From NCBI GenBank assembly GCA_046598715.1, contig JBKJIE010000130.1:1-63202 (forward strand): 63,202 bases of DNA, in the 5' to 3' direction. The position numbers and the translations under genes are program-made. The DNA is from Acidimicrobiales bacterium. GTDB taxonomy: Bacteria > Actinomycetota > Acidimicrobiia > Acidimicrobiales > VFJN01. Positions 1 through 8,628 of this stretch are shown piece after piece (positions within the stretch are counted from its first letter, which is position 1; every line of letters starts with the position of its first letter). The notes beneath the pieces were generated by a model that ran no database searches, was not told where the DNA came from, and was given only the letters and a program-made list of their open reading frames with translations.

Positions 1-126
1 GGCGTGGCCCAGCGCTACCTGGAGATCAACGGCCAGTGGGAGGACCACATCCGCTACGCGATGACCGCGGAGGAGTGGGAGCAGCGCCGGGAGCAGCTCC
101 TCAGCGACTGGATCGACGGCGCCTGA
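1..126 (+). CDS. C-terminal end of a GNAT (RimJ/RimL-like) N-acetyltransferase, 5' truncated by window edge
   Basis: Frame 1 reads GVAQRYLEINGQWEDHIRYAMTAEEWEQRREQLLSDWIDGA*; R-Y-L-x-I-N-G-x-W-x-D-H resembles RimJ C-termini. Confidence 0.75.
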   Translation, partial: GVAQRYLEINGQWEDHIRYAMTAEEWEQRREQLLSDWIDGA

Positions 127-144
127 CCGTCACCTCCGTGATGA

Positions 145-909
145 TCACCGGGAGGTGATCTTGGCCTGCAGGGCGGCCACTCGCTCCTTGAAGGCGGGCT
201 GCTCGAGCGACCACACCTGCGGGATGAGCTCCCGGTCGACCGAGGCTTCGTGGTTCCCGATGTTGGCCATGTCCGAGATCGTGGCCTTCGTGCGACCGAC
301 GAGCTCGCGGGGCGCGGCCGCCGCTCGGGCCGCCATGGTCCGGGCCTCATCGAGGAGCGCGTCGTCGCTCACGCACCGCCACACGAGACCGACGCGCTCG
401 GCCTCGGCGCCGTCGAGGATCTCGCCGAACAAGACGGTGGCGGCCACGGCTTGCGGTCCGGCGATCCGTCGGAACATCCAGGTGTGGCCGCCGCCGGGAT
501 GCAGCCCGAGCTGCAGGAACCGCGTGTCGAACCGGGCCCGGGTGGCCGCCAGGCGGACATCGCACACGAGGGCGAGGTTCATGCCAGCCCCCACCGCGGC
601 GCCGTTGACCGCCGCGATCGTGGGGAGTGGCGACCGACCGATGCGCAGGAACCCCTCGTAGATCGACCGAAGGCCCGCTTCGGGGCCTTCCGCGGCGGAG
701 GAGGAGAGATGCGACAGATCGGCACCGGCGCAGAACGCGGGCGGCTCGCCGGTGACGACAACCGCCCCGACGGCGGGGTCGGCCTCGAGCTGGTCGAACA
801 GGTCGACGATCTCGGTGACCATCGGCATCGTGAGGGCGTTGCGGCGGTCGGGGTCGGCCAGCGTGACGGTGGCAACGCCGGCGGTGATCTCAGTTCGAAC
901 GAGCGACAT
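145..909 (-). CDS. Enoyl-CoA hydratase/isomerase (crotonase) family protein
   Basis: AFCAGADL and IAAVNGAAVGAG motifs; start set at ATG 909 (MSLVRTE) within ORF 145..939. Confidence 0.9.
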   Translation of the reverse strand: MSLVRTEITAGVATVTLADPDRRNALTMPMVTEIVDLFDQLEADPAVGAVVVTGEPPAFCAGADLSHLSSSAAEGPEAGLRSIYEGFLRIGRSPLPTIAAVNGAAVGAGMNLALVCDVRLAATRARFDTRFLQLGLHPGGGHTWMFRRIAGPQAVAATVLFGEILDGAEAERVGLVWRCVSDDALLDEARTMAARAAAAPRELVGRTKATISDMANIGNHEASVDRELIPQVWSLEQPAFKERVAALQAKITSR

Positions 910-1138
910 GTCGCGAGTCTGGCACCGCCACGCGCTCAAGGCTTCGTGTCGTCCGTGTCGATGACGTGACTTCAGGGTGCGTTATTGTTACAGTTCGATG
1001 TCAACCCCACCGCCAGTGGGGGCGCGAGCGGTGTCGTGGTTCATGTGGGGCTTGTTGTTTGTGTGGCTCCAGGGGACCATGTGGTCACTGATCGTTGTTG
1101 TCCGTCAACCCACGGTGAGGTTTGTGCGCGTTCCGTCG

Positions 1139-2311
1139 ATGTCCCCCAGAACACTGATCAAGACGCTGGGCGCCGTGCTGGCTGCCTCGCTCGTCCTGTC
1201 ACCGGTGGTGAGCCTGGCGGAGAGGGTCGGCAGCAACCCGTCTGCCGAGCGGGCGGCGGTGCGGGCCGAGATGGCCAAGCAAGCCTCGAAGGTCAACGCC
1301 CTCAAGGCCACCGACGCCGAGGTGTCCGCTGCGCTCGATGCGCTCCAGGCCAACGTGCGCGGCCAAGAGGCGCTCGTCGCCGAGGCCAACCGCGCCGCCG
1401 CCGAGGCGCAATCCGCCCTCGAGCAGGCGCTGGCCGCCGTGGACGCCAAGAACCGCGAGATCGATGTGCTGCACAAGCAGATCCGCGACTTCGCCGTGCA
1501 GGCCTTCGTGCACCCGCCGTCTGACGACGCCATGGCGGCGCTCGACACCGCCGATCCGGGTGAGGCCGCGCAGAAGCGGGCCCTCCTCGACATCCAGAAC
1601 ACCAACGACGCCGACCTCCTCGATCGGCTCAGCGCCGCCCAGGAGGATCTCCAGGTGCAGCGCAAGCTGGCCGAGGAGGCGTCCAAGCGGGCCGAGGAGA
1701 AGCGGGCGGCCGCGGCCGGTCGCCTCGGGGAGCTCACCGCCGCCCGCAACCAGCAGGCGTCCTACGCCAACCAGGTGCAGGCGCGCCTCGAGCAGGCGCT
1801 CGGTGAGGCAGCCGCCCTCGAGCAGCACGACGCTCAGCTCTCCGCCAAGATCGCCGCCCAGCAGGCCGAGCTGGCCCGCAAGGCCGCGGCCGCGTCGTCT
1901 CGTCGCTCCGGGGGCGGTGGCAGCAGCGCCACGTTCAACGGTTCCTTGTCAACAGTGTCCTGCCCCACGGGCGGGTCGATCACCGTGGCCAGCTCGATCG
2001 CCGACAACACCCAGTCGCTGCTGAACGCCGCTCCGGACAGCCTCAACCTGTGCGGTTGGGGCTGGCGGAGCTCGCAGCGCCAGCAGGAGCTGTGGGACGA
2101 GCACGGCTGCGACAGTGGCTGCAGCGTGCCCACGGCACGGCCGGGTTCGTCGATGCATGAGCAAGGCCTGGCGATCGACTTCACCTCGGGTGGCCAGACG
2201 ATCCAGTCACGCAGCAGCGCCGCCTTCCAGTGGCTCGACGCCAACGCCGGCGGCTACGGGTTCCACAACCTCCCGTCCGAGCCGTGGCACTGGAGTACTA
2301 ATGGCAACTAG
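1139..2311 (+). CDS. Secreted coiled-coil protein with C-terminal M15B (VanY-like) D-Ala-D-Ala peptidase domain
   Basis: Signal-peptide-like N-terminus, long Ala/Gln-rich coiled coil, GWRS..Q, SMHEQGLAID (SxHxxGxAxD) and EPWHW motifs; ATG 1139 chosen within ORF 977..2311. Confidence 0.85.
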   Translation: MSPRTLIKTLGAVLAASLVLSPVVSLAERVGSNPSAERAAVRAEMAKQASKVNALKATDAEVSAALDALQANVRGQEALVAEANRAAAEAQSALEQALAAVDAKNREIDVLHKQIRDFAVQAFVHPPSDDAMAALDTADPGEAAQKRALLDIQNTNDADLLDRLSAAQEDLQVQRKLAEEASKRAEEKRAAAAGRLGELTAARNQQASYANQVQARLEQALGEAAALEQHDAQLSAKIAAQQAELARKAAAASSRRSGGGGSSATFNGSLSTVSCPTGGSITVASSIADNTQSLLNAAPDSLNLCGWGWRSSQRQQELWDEHGCDSGCSVPTARPGSSMHEQGLAIDFTSGGQTIQSRSSAAFQWLDANAGGYGFHNLPSEPWHWSTNGN

Positions 2312-2320
2312 CCGGACGCA

Positions 2321-2991
2321 TCACGAGATGTCGACCAGCGTTGGCGTCGCCAGCAGCCGCTCGAGGTCGGCCGGCGGCAGAGGCCTGGCGAAGAGGTAGC
2401 CCTGGGCATGAGGGCAGCCCAGCTCTCGCAGCGTCTCCAGCTGCTGCGGGGTCTCCACCCCTTCCGCCACCGCCGTGAGGTTGAGGGCGCTGGCCAGCCG
2501 CATGACCGCCTTGACGATGGCGGTGTCCTCCGGGTCCTCACCGAGCCCACTGACGAAGGACCGGTCGATCTTGAGCTCGTCGACCGGGAAGCGCTTCAGG
2601 TAGTTGAGCGACGAGTTGCCGGTACCAAAGTCGTCGACGCTCAGCCTGACCCCGAGGGACTTGAGGGCGAGGAGGATCGTGACGGCTGCCGGGGCATCGT
2701 CCATCACGACCCCCTCCGTCATCTCGAGCGTCAGGCTCTGGGGCGCCAGCCCGGTCTTCTCCAGCACGCCTCTCGCGTCCCGGCCCGGTCGTCCGGGTGC
2801 ACGAGGTCGAGGAAGTGACTGCCCGGCAGGGCGCTGGCCTCATAGCCGAGCGCGGCCAGGAAGGACTCGTTGGCTTCGATCATCTCCCCATCCGCTCCCA
2901 CCGTGCAGAGCAGCGCGGGGGAGAGGTCGAAGAACTCCCGATGGGCGGAGGATCGTGCCGGGGCGGACGCGGTGCTCAAGTCCTGGTGCAT
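2321..2991 (-). pseudogene. Deleted/frameshifted PAS-(GGDEF)-EAL signalling gene: PAS N-terminus (2991-~2768) joined out of frame to the C-terminal half of an EAL domain (2767-2321)
   Basis: PAS features (FFDLSPALLC..G..IEANESF..LGY, VHPDDR) run straight into LTLEMTE..DDFGTG..KIDRSF..AEGVE..QGYLF in another frame; the EAL signature half and any GGDEF are absent. Confidence 0.7.
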
Positions 2992-3056
2992 CCGTTGTCC
3001 AGTCTGGTGGGCTGACTAGACAACCTTCGTCCACCAAACGGTACCGCTTCCCACCC

Positions 3057-4094
3057 TCAGCCAGGAGCGCACGGTGGGGGAGCTACTCGGCCTGCTCGTC
3101 CCCGGCGGACCGTGACCACGTCGTGGACGTCACGTGCTGCTCGCTCGAGCAGGGCCCTGGCTGCCGGGTGGTCGTGCGCTGCGGCCTTGGCGAGCTCGGC
3201 GACCCCTTGCTCGAAGTGGGTTGGTTCGAGGCCTCGGGGGGCGCCGACGGACCAGGACCACGTCAGGACCTCGGTCAGAACGGTGGGGTCATGGGCGGCG
3301 AGGGCGGCTTCGGCGGCGCGCAGGACCTGGCCGAGTGCGTCGTGCACCTGCGGCTGGCTCGCTGCTGCCGGTGCGGAGCGAAGCAGGTCCGCTCGTACCG
3401 CGGCAAAGGCGATCGCAGCCCGCTGCGACCCCGCCGCGCCGAGGCTCGGTCGTCGCTCGCTCCAGCCGTCGAGCACCTCCACCGCGCCGGCCGCCGTAGC
3501 CGCCCACCCGTCCGCGCCGATGGCTACGGCGCGCGCCGGGTCCGCGCCGAGGCCGAGCCCACCGGCGAGCACCGGGAGCCCGTGGCGGTGGACCGCCTCG
3601 ATGCTTCGCTGGGCGCCCGGGAGCAGGGTCGCCATCGAGCAGCTGATCGCCACGGCCACCGGCTCCACGGCGGCGATGAACCGTGCCAAGTCTCGGGCTG
3701 GGGTCGAACCACCCAGGAAGGTGACTCCCCAGCCGAGGTGACGCAGCTCCTCGGCCAGCATGCGGGCGGGGAGCGCATGCCATTCTCCCTCGGCGCACGT
3801 GACGACGACGCTGCCCCGGGACGGTGCGGTGTGGTTGGCCAGCTCGAGCTCGGCCAACGCGGCATCGACGATCGCGGTCGCGGCGTGCTCCTGGGCGACA
3901 TTCCAGTGGTCGTCCTGCCACAGCGTTCCCACGCGTCGCTGCGCAGGCGCCAGCAACGTAGTGATCAGGTCGCTCCCGGTGACGCCGTCTGCAGACCGCC
4001 GGCGCACGAGGGCCAGCGCCGCCTCTCGGTCACGGGCCTCCAGATGGTGCATCAGCTCCGCGAGGGAGGGGTCGGGGTGTGTCGTCGCGACCAT
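3057..4094 (-). CDS. Stand-alone cobalamin (B12)-binding protein, CarH/AerR-type sensor domain with C-terminal helical extension
   Basis: W-x9-EH motif (WQDDHWNVAQEH), EWHALP (ExHxxG variant), LGGSTP, AISCS, LAGG Rossmann motifs. Confidence 0.85.
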   Translation of the reverse strand: MVATTHPDPSLAELMHHLEARDREAALALVRRRSADGVTGSDLITTLLAPAQRRVGTLWQDDHWNVAQEHAATAIVDAALAELELANHTAPSRGSVVVTCAEGEWHALPARMLAEELRHLGWGVTFLGGSTPARDLARFIAAVEPVAVAISCSMATLLPGAQRSIEAVHRHGLPVLAGGLGLGADPARAVAIGADGWAATAAGAVEVLDGWSERRPSLGAAGSQRAAIAFAAVRADLLRSAPAAASQPQVHDALGQVLRAAEAALAAHDPTVLTEVLTWSWSVGAPRGLEPTHFEQGVAELAKAAAHDHPAARALLERAARDVHDVVTVRRGRAGRVAPPPCAPG

Positions 4095-4803
4095 GATCGA
4101 GTGTGGGAGATCCTGCCACGGCCGCGCGGCGGAGGCCGGCGACGATGAGGCGGGCGTCCTCGATGGCGCTCGGGAGCACCGCCTCCAGACGGAGGCGGGC
4201 CACGCTGGCCGATGGAGCCCGAACCACCGAGGGCTCCGTCTCGCCGAGTCCGACGTCGATGGGGAGCACCTCGTCGGACTCGAGGGTCGCCGGCACCAGC
4301 TCGCCCCCGAGGTCGATCACCAGGTCAGCCAGCGCCGCCGCGACCGCGGCAGGGGAGGCCGCGCGCAGCATCGCCCGAGTCGCCCGATGCGCGGCCGCGA
4401 GGGCCTCGGTGTCGGCGGCCTCCATGAGGTCGTCGAGGGGGGTGAGCAGGGCCGTCGTCGCTGACCCACCATCGCTGCGGCGGGGCTGCTCGCGACGGTC
4501 AGGGAGTGGCCGCTGTGGCGCGCGGGCGTCCGCCCCGTCGGGCACCGGGGCGTCGGCGTAGCCGGTCGGGGCCGAGGCGCGTGCCGCCACGTGGGCGGCC
4601 GCCTGCGAGACCGCCCAGCCCTCGTCGACGTGGGCCGCCACCTCGAGGAGGGCGGCGACGTCGGCTCGGCCGTACAGACGCTGGCCGCCCTCGCTGCGCG
4701 TCGGCGCCAGTAGCCCGTACCGGCGCTGCCACGCCCGGATCGTCCCCGGGCTCAGCCCCGTCCGTCGTGCCACCTCACCGATCCGCATCGTGGGCTCGTC
4801 CAT
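4030..4803 (-). CDS. MerR-family (CarH/CarA-type HTH) regulator with non-B12 C-terminal domain
   Basis: MRIGEVARRTGLSPGTIRAWQRRYGLLAPTRSEGGQRLY; RAWQRRY matches the CarH RxWERRY recognition helix; AAGGGAA upstream of ATG 4803. Confidence 0.85.
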   Translation of the reverse strand: MDEPTMRIGEVARRTGLSPGTIRAWQRRYGLLAPTRSEGGQRLYGRADVAALLEVAAHVDEGWAVSQAAAHVAARASAPTGYADAPVPDGADARAPQRPLPDRREQPRRSDGGSATTALLTPLDDLMEAADTEALAAAHRATRAMLRAASPAAVAAALADLVIDLGGELVPATLESDEVLPIDVGLGETEPSVVRAPSASVARLRLEAVLPSAIEDARLIVAGLRRAAVAGSPTLDHGRDDTPRPLPRGADAPSGGP

Positions 4804-4821
4804 CGTTCGCCGTTCCCTTGA

Positions 4822-4865
4822 GTTGCTAGACAAGACCTGTACAATTGTGTGACAGTACCTGTACA
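4822..4865. promoter_or_regulatory. CarH-type operator: four direct repeats at 11-bp period, overlapping a predicted promoter for the ECF sigma gene
   Basis: TAGACA 4827, TGTACA 4838, GTGACA 4849, TGTACA 4860; GTGACA-N17-TACCGT(4872-4877) forms a -35/-10 pair toward 4909. Confidence 0.75.
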
Positions 4866-4908
4866 CCCACCTACCGTAGCACCATCCCCATTCCGCCGGA
4901 GCTCGTCG

Positions 4909-5430
4909 ATGACGCACCACGTGGAGCACCCGCTCCAGCAGATCTACCGAGACCACGGGCACGCGGTCCACGAGGTGGCACGGCACATCTGTGGCCCGTC
5001 TCTCGCCGCCGACGTCACGCAGGATGTGTTCAGCCAGCTCTGGCGGAATCCGCACATGTTCGATCCGCGGCGGGGATCGATGCGGGCCTTCCTCGTGACC
5101 GTGGCCCGCCGCCGGGCGATCGACGTCATGCGCGCCGAAGGTGCGCGGCGAGCACGCGAGGGCCGCGAGGAGCCGGTGCTAGGGAGTTCGGCGGACGTGG
5201 ATCAGCGACTCCTCGCCGAAGAGCGCTCGGGCGCGGTGGCCAAGGCGCTCCGGGCCCTTCCCGCCGTGGAGCGCGACGCGATCGTGGCTGCCTACTTCGG
5301 CGGGTGCACCTACCGGGAGGCGGCGAGGATCCTCGGGGCGCCGGAGGGCACCATCAAGTCACGCATCCGCTCCGGCCTGCGGCGCCTCCAGGCACCATTG
5401 CGCGAGGTGGCCGCGTGCGCGCCCGGCTGA
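4909..5430 (+). CDS. ECF RNA polymerase sigma factor (SigK-like)
   Basis: AADVTQDVFSQLW, FDPRRGS, ARRRAID, YFGGCTYREAARILGAPEGTIKSRIRSGL (regions 2 and 4.2); start could be 4849 or 4909. Confidence 0.88.
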   Translation: MTHHVEHPLQQIYRDHGHAVHEVARHICGPSLAADVTQDVFSQLWRNPHMFDPRRGSMRAFLVTVARRRAIDVMRAEGARRAREGREEPVLGSSADVDQRLLAEERSGAVAKALRALPAVERDAIVAAYFGGCTYREAARILGAPEGTIKSRIRSGLRRLQAPLREVAACAPG

Positions 5431-5474
5431 CAGGACCTGTGCGAAGCGCCGACCGCGCCGCCCGGCGGGGCTGG

Positions 5475-6515
5475 CTACTCGTCGCGGATGACGGCGGGGG
5501 AGTGGCGGAAGAACTGCTCCACGTCGCGCTCGTACTGGTACGCCGTGCCGCTGGCTCCCACGAGCTTGCGGATCCGCAGGGCCTCCACGAAGTCGGCGAC
5601 GGCGCCGGCCGAGGTGTAGCCGTATTCGAAGCCCGCCTGCTTGAGGCGGCGGTTGTCCACGCCTCGTCCGTGACGGAGCAGGTCGAGCAGCTCCTTGGGC
5701 AGGTCGATCCCGCCGAGGCGGGCCAGCGGGCCTGAGAGCAGGTTCATGCCGTAGGGGGGCAGCGGGAAGGTGCGCTTGCCGCAGATCGCTGCCACCTCGC
5801 TCCAGGGGAGGAGGCCGTCGCCGGCCACGTTGTAGACGCCTTGGAGCTGCGTCTCGAGCGCGAAGAGGATCGCCCGCACGACGTCTTCCTCGTGCACGAA
5901 CTGCAAGCGCGGGTCGAACCCGAACAGGCTCGGTACGAGGGGCAGCTCGAGGGCCTTCACCAGCGGGGTGGTGATGTCGGGGCCGAGCACGTTGGCGAAG
6001 CGCAGGATCGACACGGCGACGTGCGGGTTGTCGACGGCGAAGTCGCGCACGTAGCCCTCCACCGAGAGCAGGCTCTTCTCAACCACGCTCTTCGGCTGGG
6101 CCGCCCGGCGCGACTCCTCGGAGAACCAGGTGGGATCGCGCGGGTCGGACCCGTAGACGAGCGTGGAGGACTTCACGACCACATCGCGCACCGTGGAATC
6201 CGTGGCGGAGGCGGCGGCGAAGAGGTTCATCGTGCCGATCACGTTGATCTCGTGGATCGACCGCGAGCGCATCTGCGTGGAGTCGACCACGAGGAAGGTG
6301 TGGACGATCGTGTCGATCCGAGCCGCCTTCACGATGCGGGCGAGGATCGAGTAGCTCTCGTCGCTCCGCACGTACTCCGTGCGCTCGAGCTGCACCTCGG
6401 GCTCGAGGCGGTCGAGACCCACGATCACATCGACGTCGGGGTCGGCCTCGAGCGCCTGGGCGACTCGACCGCCCCAGAAGGTGCCGAGCCCGGTGATGAG
6501 CACGCGCTTGCCCAT
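5475..6515 (-). CDS. NAD-dependent epimerase/dehydratase family protein
   Basis: RVLITGLGTFWG, INVIGTMNL, KSSTLVYG, LQFVHEEDV; ATG overlaps upstream stop (TGATG). Confidence 0.85.
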   Translation of the reverse strand: MGKRVLITGLGTFWGGRVAQALEADPDVDVIVGLDRLEPEVQLERTEYVRSDESYSILARIVKAARIDTIVHTFLVVDSTQMRSRSIHEINVIGTMNLFAAASATDSTVRDVVVKSSTLVYGSDPRDPTWFSEESRRAAQPKSVVEKSLLSVEGYVRDFAVDNPHVAVSILRFANVLGPDITTPLVKALELPLVPSLFGFDPRLQFVHEEDVVRAILFALETQLQGVYNVAGDGLLPWSEVAAICGKRTFPLPPYGMNLLSGPLARLGGIDLPKELLDLLRHGRGVDNRRLKQAGFEYGYTSAGAVADFVEALRIRKLVGASGTAYQYERDVEQFFRHSPAVIRDE

Positions 6516-7537
6516 CAGCCGAACCACACGGACTTGCGGTTGCGGAGCATGTCGAACAACGCCTCTTGGATCTGCTGACGGATCGTCTCGGCTTCGTCCA
6601 TGATCCGGCTGCGCGAGTACCGAGCCTGGTCGGGCGGGACATCGAGGTGCACCGGATCGAGCACGCGGATCTTGATCTTGGCCGGAAAGGCGAGCAGACC
6701 GCCGACGGGACCGAAGGCGAGCATGTTGGCCGTGAGTGGCACGTAGGGGACGCCGAAGAGCTTGGCCAGCTGGGGGCTCTTCCAGAGGGTGGGCATTGCC
6801 TCCTCGGAACCGACGACGGCGATGGGGATGATCGGCACGCCCGCTCGCATCGCGATCTGCACGAACCCACCGCGGCCGAAGCGTCGGAGCTGGTAGCGCT
6901 CGCTGTAGGTCTTGCCGGTGCCCTTGGTGCCCTCGGGGAAGACGAGCGCGAGCTGCTCCTGCTCGCGCAGGAGGCGGTAGGCGTTGTCGGGATGAGCGAG
7001 CACGCCGCCGACGCGCGACCACATCGTGCCCACGACGGGCATCCGCTTGAACATCTCGTCGGCCAGCCCGTAGACGGGCCGCCCGAGCTCGGTCTCGATG
7101 CCGTGCATGATCGCCGGCGCGTCAGAGGGGATGGCCCCGGCGTGGTTCGACACGAGCAGCGCGCCGCCGGTGGTGGGGATCTTCTCGAGCCCCTCCCACT
7201 CGACACGGTGCCACGAGCGGTAGAGAGGGTCGTAGATGCGGCGAGCGATCTCGCGCATGTGCTCGGAGCGACCCCACTCGTCGACGTCGGAGCCACGGGG
7301 ATCCTCCAGCGGCTCCGGCGGCTCGGCGGGGCTGGGCACCGGCACGAGGGCAACCGAGTGCGAGGCCCCGATGTGTGACTCCTCGGCGCGGAGGTCGACC
7401 ATGGCGGGCCGGGCCTCGGCCACCTTGGTGGCCTTCTTCGTGACGTTGGTGACCTTGGCGACCGCCGGTCTTGGCGCGGGGGCAGTGCCGTTGGCGACTG
7501 CCCGCTTCGTCCCCTTCGTCGGCTTTGTGGGCGGCAT
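6515..7537 (-). CDS. Lysophospholipid/glycerol acyltransferase (PlsC family)
   Basis: SNHAGAIPSD and VFPEGTKG motifs; TACGAT -10 7 nt before ATG 7537. Confidence 0.88.
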   Translation of the reverse strand: MPPTKPTKGTKRAVANGTAPAPRPAVAKVTNVTKKATKVAEARPAMVDLRAEESHIGASHSVALVPVPSPAEPPEPLEDPRGSDVDEWGRSEHMREIARRIYDPLYRSWHRVEWEGLEKIPTTGGALLVSNHAGAIPSDAPAIMHGIETELGRPVYGLADEMFKRMPVVGTMWSRVGGVLAHPDNAYRLLREQEQLALVFPEGTKGTGKTYSERYQLRRFGRGGFVQIAMRAGVPIIPIAVVGSEEAMPTLWKSPQLAKLFGVPYVPLTANMLAFGPVGGLLAFPAKIKIRVLDPVHLDVPPDQARYSRSRIMDEAETIRQQIQEALFDMLRNRKSVWFG

Positions 7538-7575
7538 CAGTCCGATCGTAGCGGCCCTGTCGTAGCGGTCCTGCT

Positions 7576-8589
7576 CTACAAGCCGTCCTGGTCGGCCCGA
7601 TCTTCCAGCCAACGGGTGCCGACCTCGCAGTCGTCTTGGCACGGACACCACCGGCAAGGAGGCCCCGGTCGCAGCACCGGCTCGCGTCCCTCGTGTCGGA
7701 GCGCGATGGCAGCGTCGACCCCGTGGACGACGCGCTCGAGCGCGCTGGCCAGGAGATCCTCGGTGACGGTCTCGTCTTGCAGACGTCCGCCGTCGAGGTA
7801 GTAGGTGGCGAGCAGACGGGGCGGCACACCGATGCGCACCGCCTCGATGAGGGCGTAGAAGCGAAGGTCGTCTCGGTGGTTGGGTGCAAAGGAACCCGTC
7901 TTGAGGTCGATGAGGACCTTGCCGGCGCGCGTGCCCTCCGGTCGGCCGATGGTGAGGTCAACCTTGCCCGAGAGCACGACCTTGTCGTTGCACAGGTCGG
8001 CGCGCAACCGGCTCTCGGGGACTGGTCGCCACCGGGCCTCGAGGGGTGGGAAGCACTCGAGGAACATCGCCACCCGTTCGACGGCTTCGCCATGGAGCTC
8101 GGCGCGCTCGCCCTCGCCGAGTCCGCCGAGGTAGTCGGCGATGCGGTCGTTGCCCCCGATGAGGCGTGCGATGGCCTCGTCGACGAGCTCGCCCGGGGGC
8201 GGATCGCCTCGCCAGCTCACCGACAGCTCGATGGCCTTGTGCGACACCACGCCGCGCGCGTTCGCGCTGTTCCAGGCGAACTCCTCTGCTTCCCGCGCGA
8301 GGAACATGCCCTCACAACCGTGGACGGAGGCGAGCAGGTGCTTGCTCACCCAAAGCACCTCGCCGGCCGGGAGGCGCTCCGCGAGGGGGCCGAGGCGCTC
8401 CTGCAGCGCGGCGCGCAGCTCGGCCCGCAACCGCGGGTCGAAGGCCGGTCGCTCGTTGGGTCGGGCCCCGAGGGCGGCCAGCACCTCGGCCTGGGCCGGG
8501 TTCAGGGCTGGTGCGTAGGTGGCGTCCTCGGCAGCGGTCTCTTCGGCAGCGGTCTCCTCGGTGAGGGGGACGGGGTCGACGAGCTCCAC
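7576..8589 (-). CDS. PD-(D/E)XK nuclease family protein (RecB/AddB/Cas4-like, probable Fe-S staple)
   Basis: PESRL..SGKVDL..LIDLKTG..LRFYAL; Cys in VHGCE plus C-terminal CRWCPCQDDC; GTG start at 8589 assumed. Confidence 0.8.
   Translation of the reverse strand: MELVDPVPLTEETAAEETAAEDATYAPALNPAQAEVLAALGARPNERPAFDPRLRAELRAALQERLGPLAERLPAGEVLWVSKHLLASVHGCEGMFLAREAEEFAWNSANARGVVSHKAIELSVSWRGDPPPGELVDEAIARLIGGNDRIADYLGGLGEGERAELHGEAVERVAMFLECFPPLEARWRPVPESRLRADLCNDKVVLSGKVDLTIGRPEGTRAGKVLIDLKTGSFAPNHRDDLRFYALIEAVRIGVPPRLLATYYLDGGRLQDETVTEDLLASALERVVHGVDAAIALRHEGREPVLRPGPPCRWCPCQDDCEVGTRWLEDRADQDGL
8525..8561. repeat. 15-bp tandem repeat (~2.5 copies) encoding EETAA
   Basis: tcctcggcagcggtc/tcttcggcagcggtc/tcctcgg. 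Confidence 0.8.
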
Positions 8590-8628
8590 GGCGCCATTGT
8601 CACACCTCGTGAGTTGACTGGAGCGGTG

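Noticed and set aside
940-1138. Riboswitch in the lower-GC leader of the peptidase gene
   Set aside because: I could not identify conserved riboswitch motifs by eye; an Rfam/Infernal scan would be needed
2760-2775. Programmed frameshift joining PAS and EAL
   Set aside because: No slippery heptamer, and the product would still lack half of the EAL domain
7576-8589. CRISPR-Cas (cas4)
   Set aside because: No cas1/cas2 and no repeat-spacer array anywhere in the window
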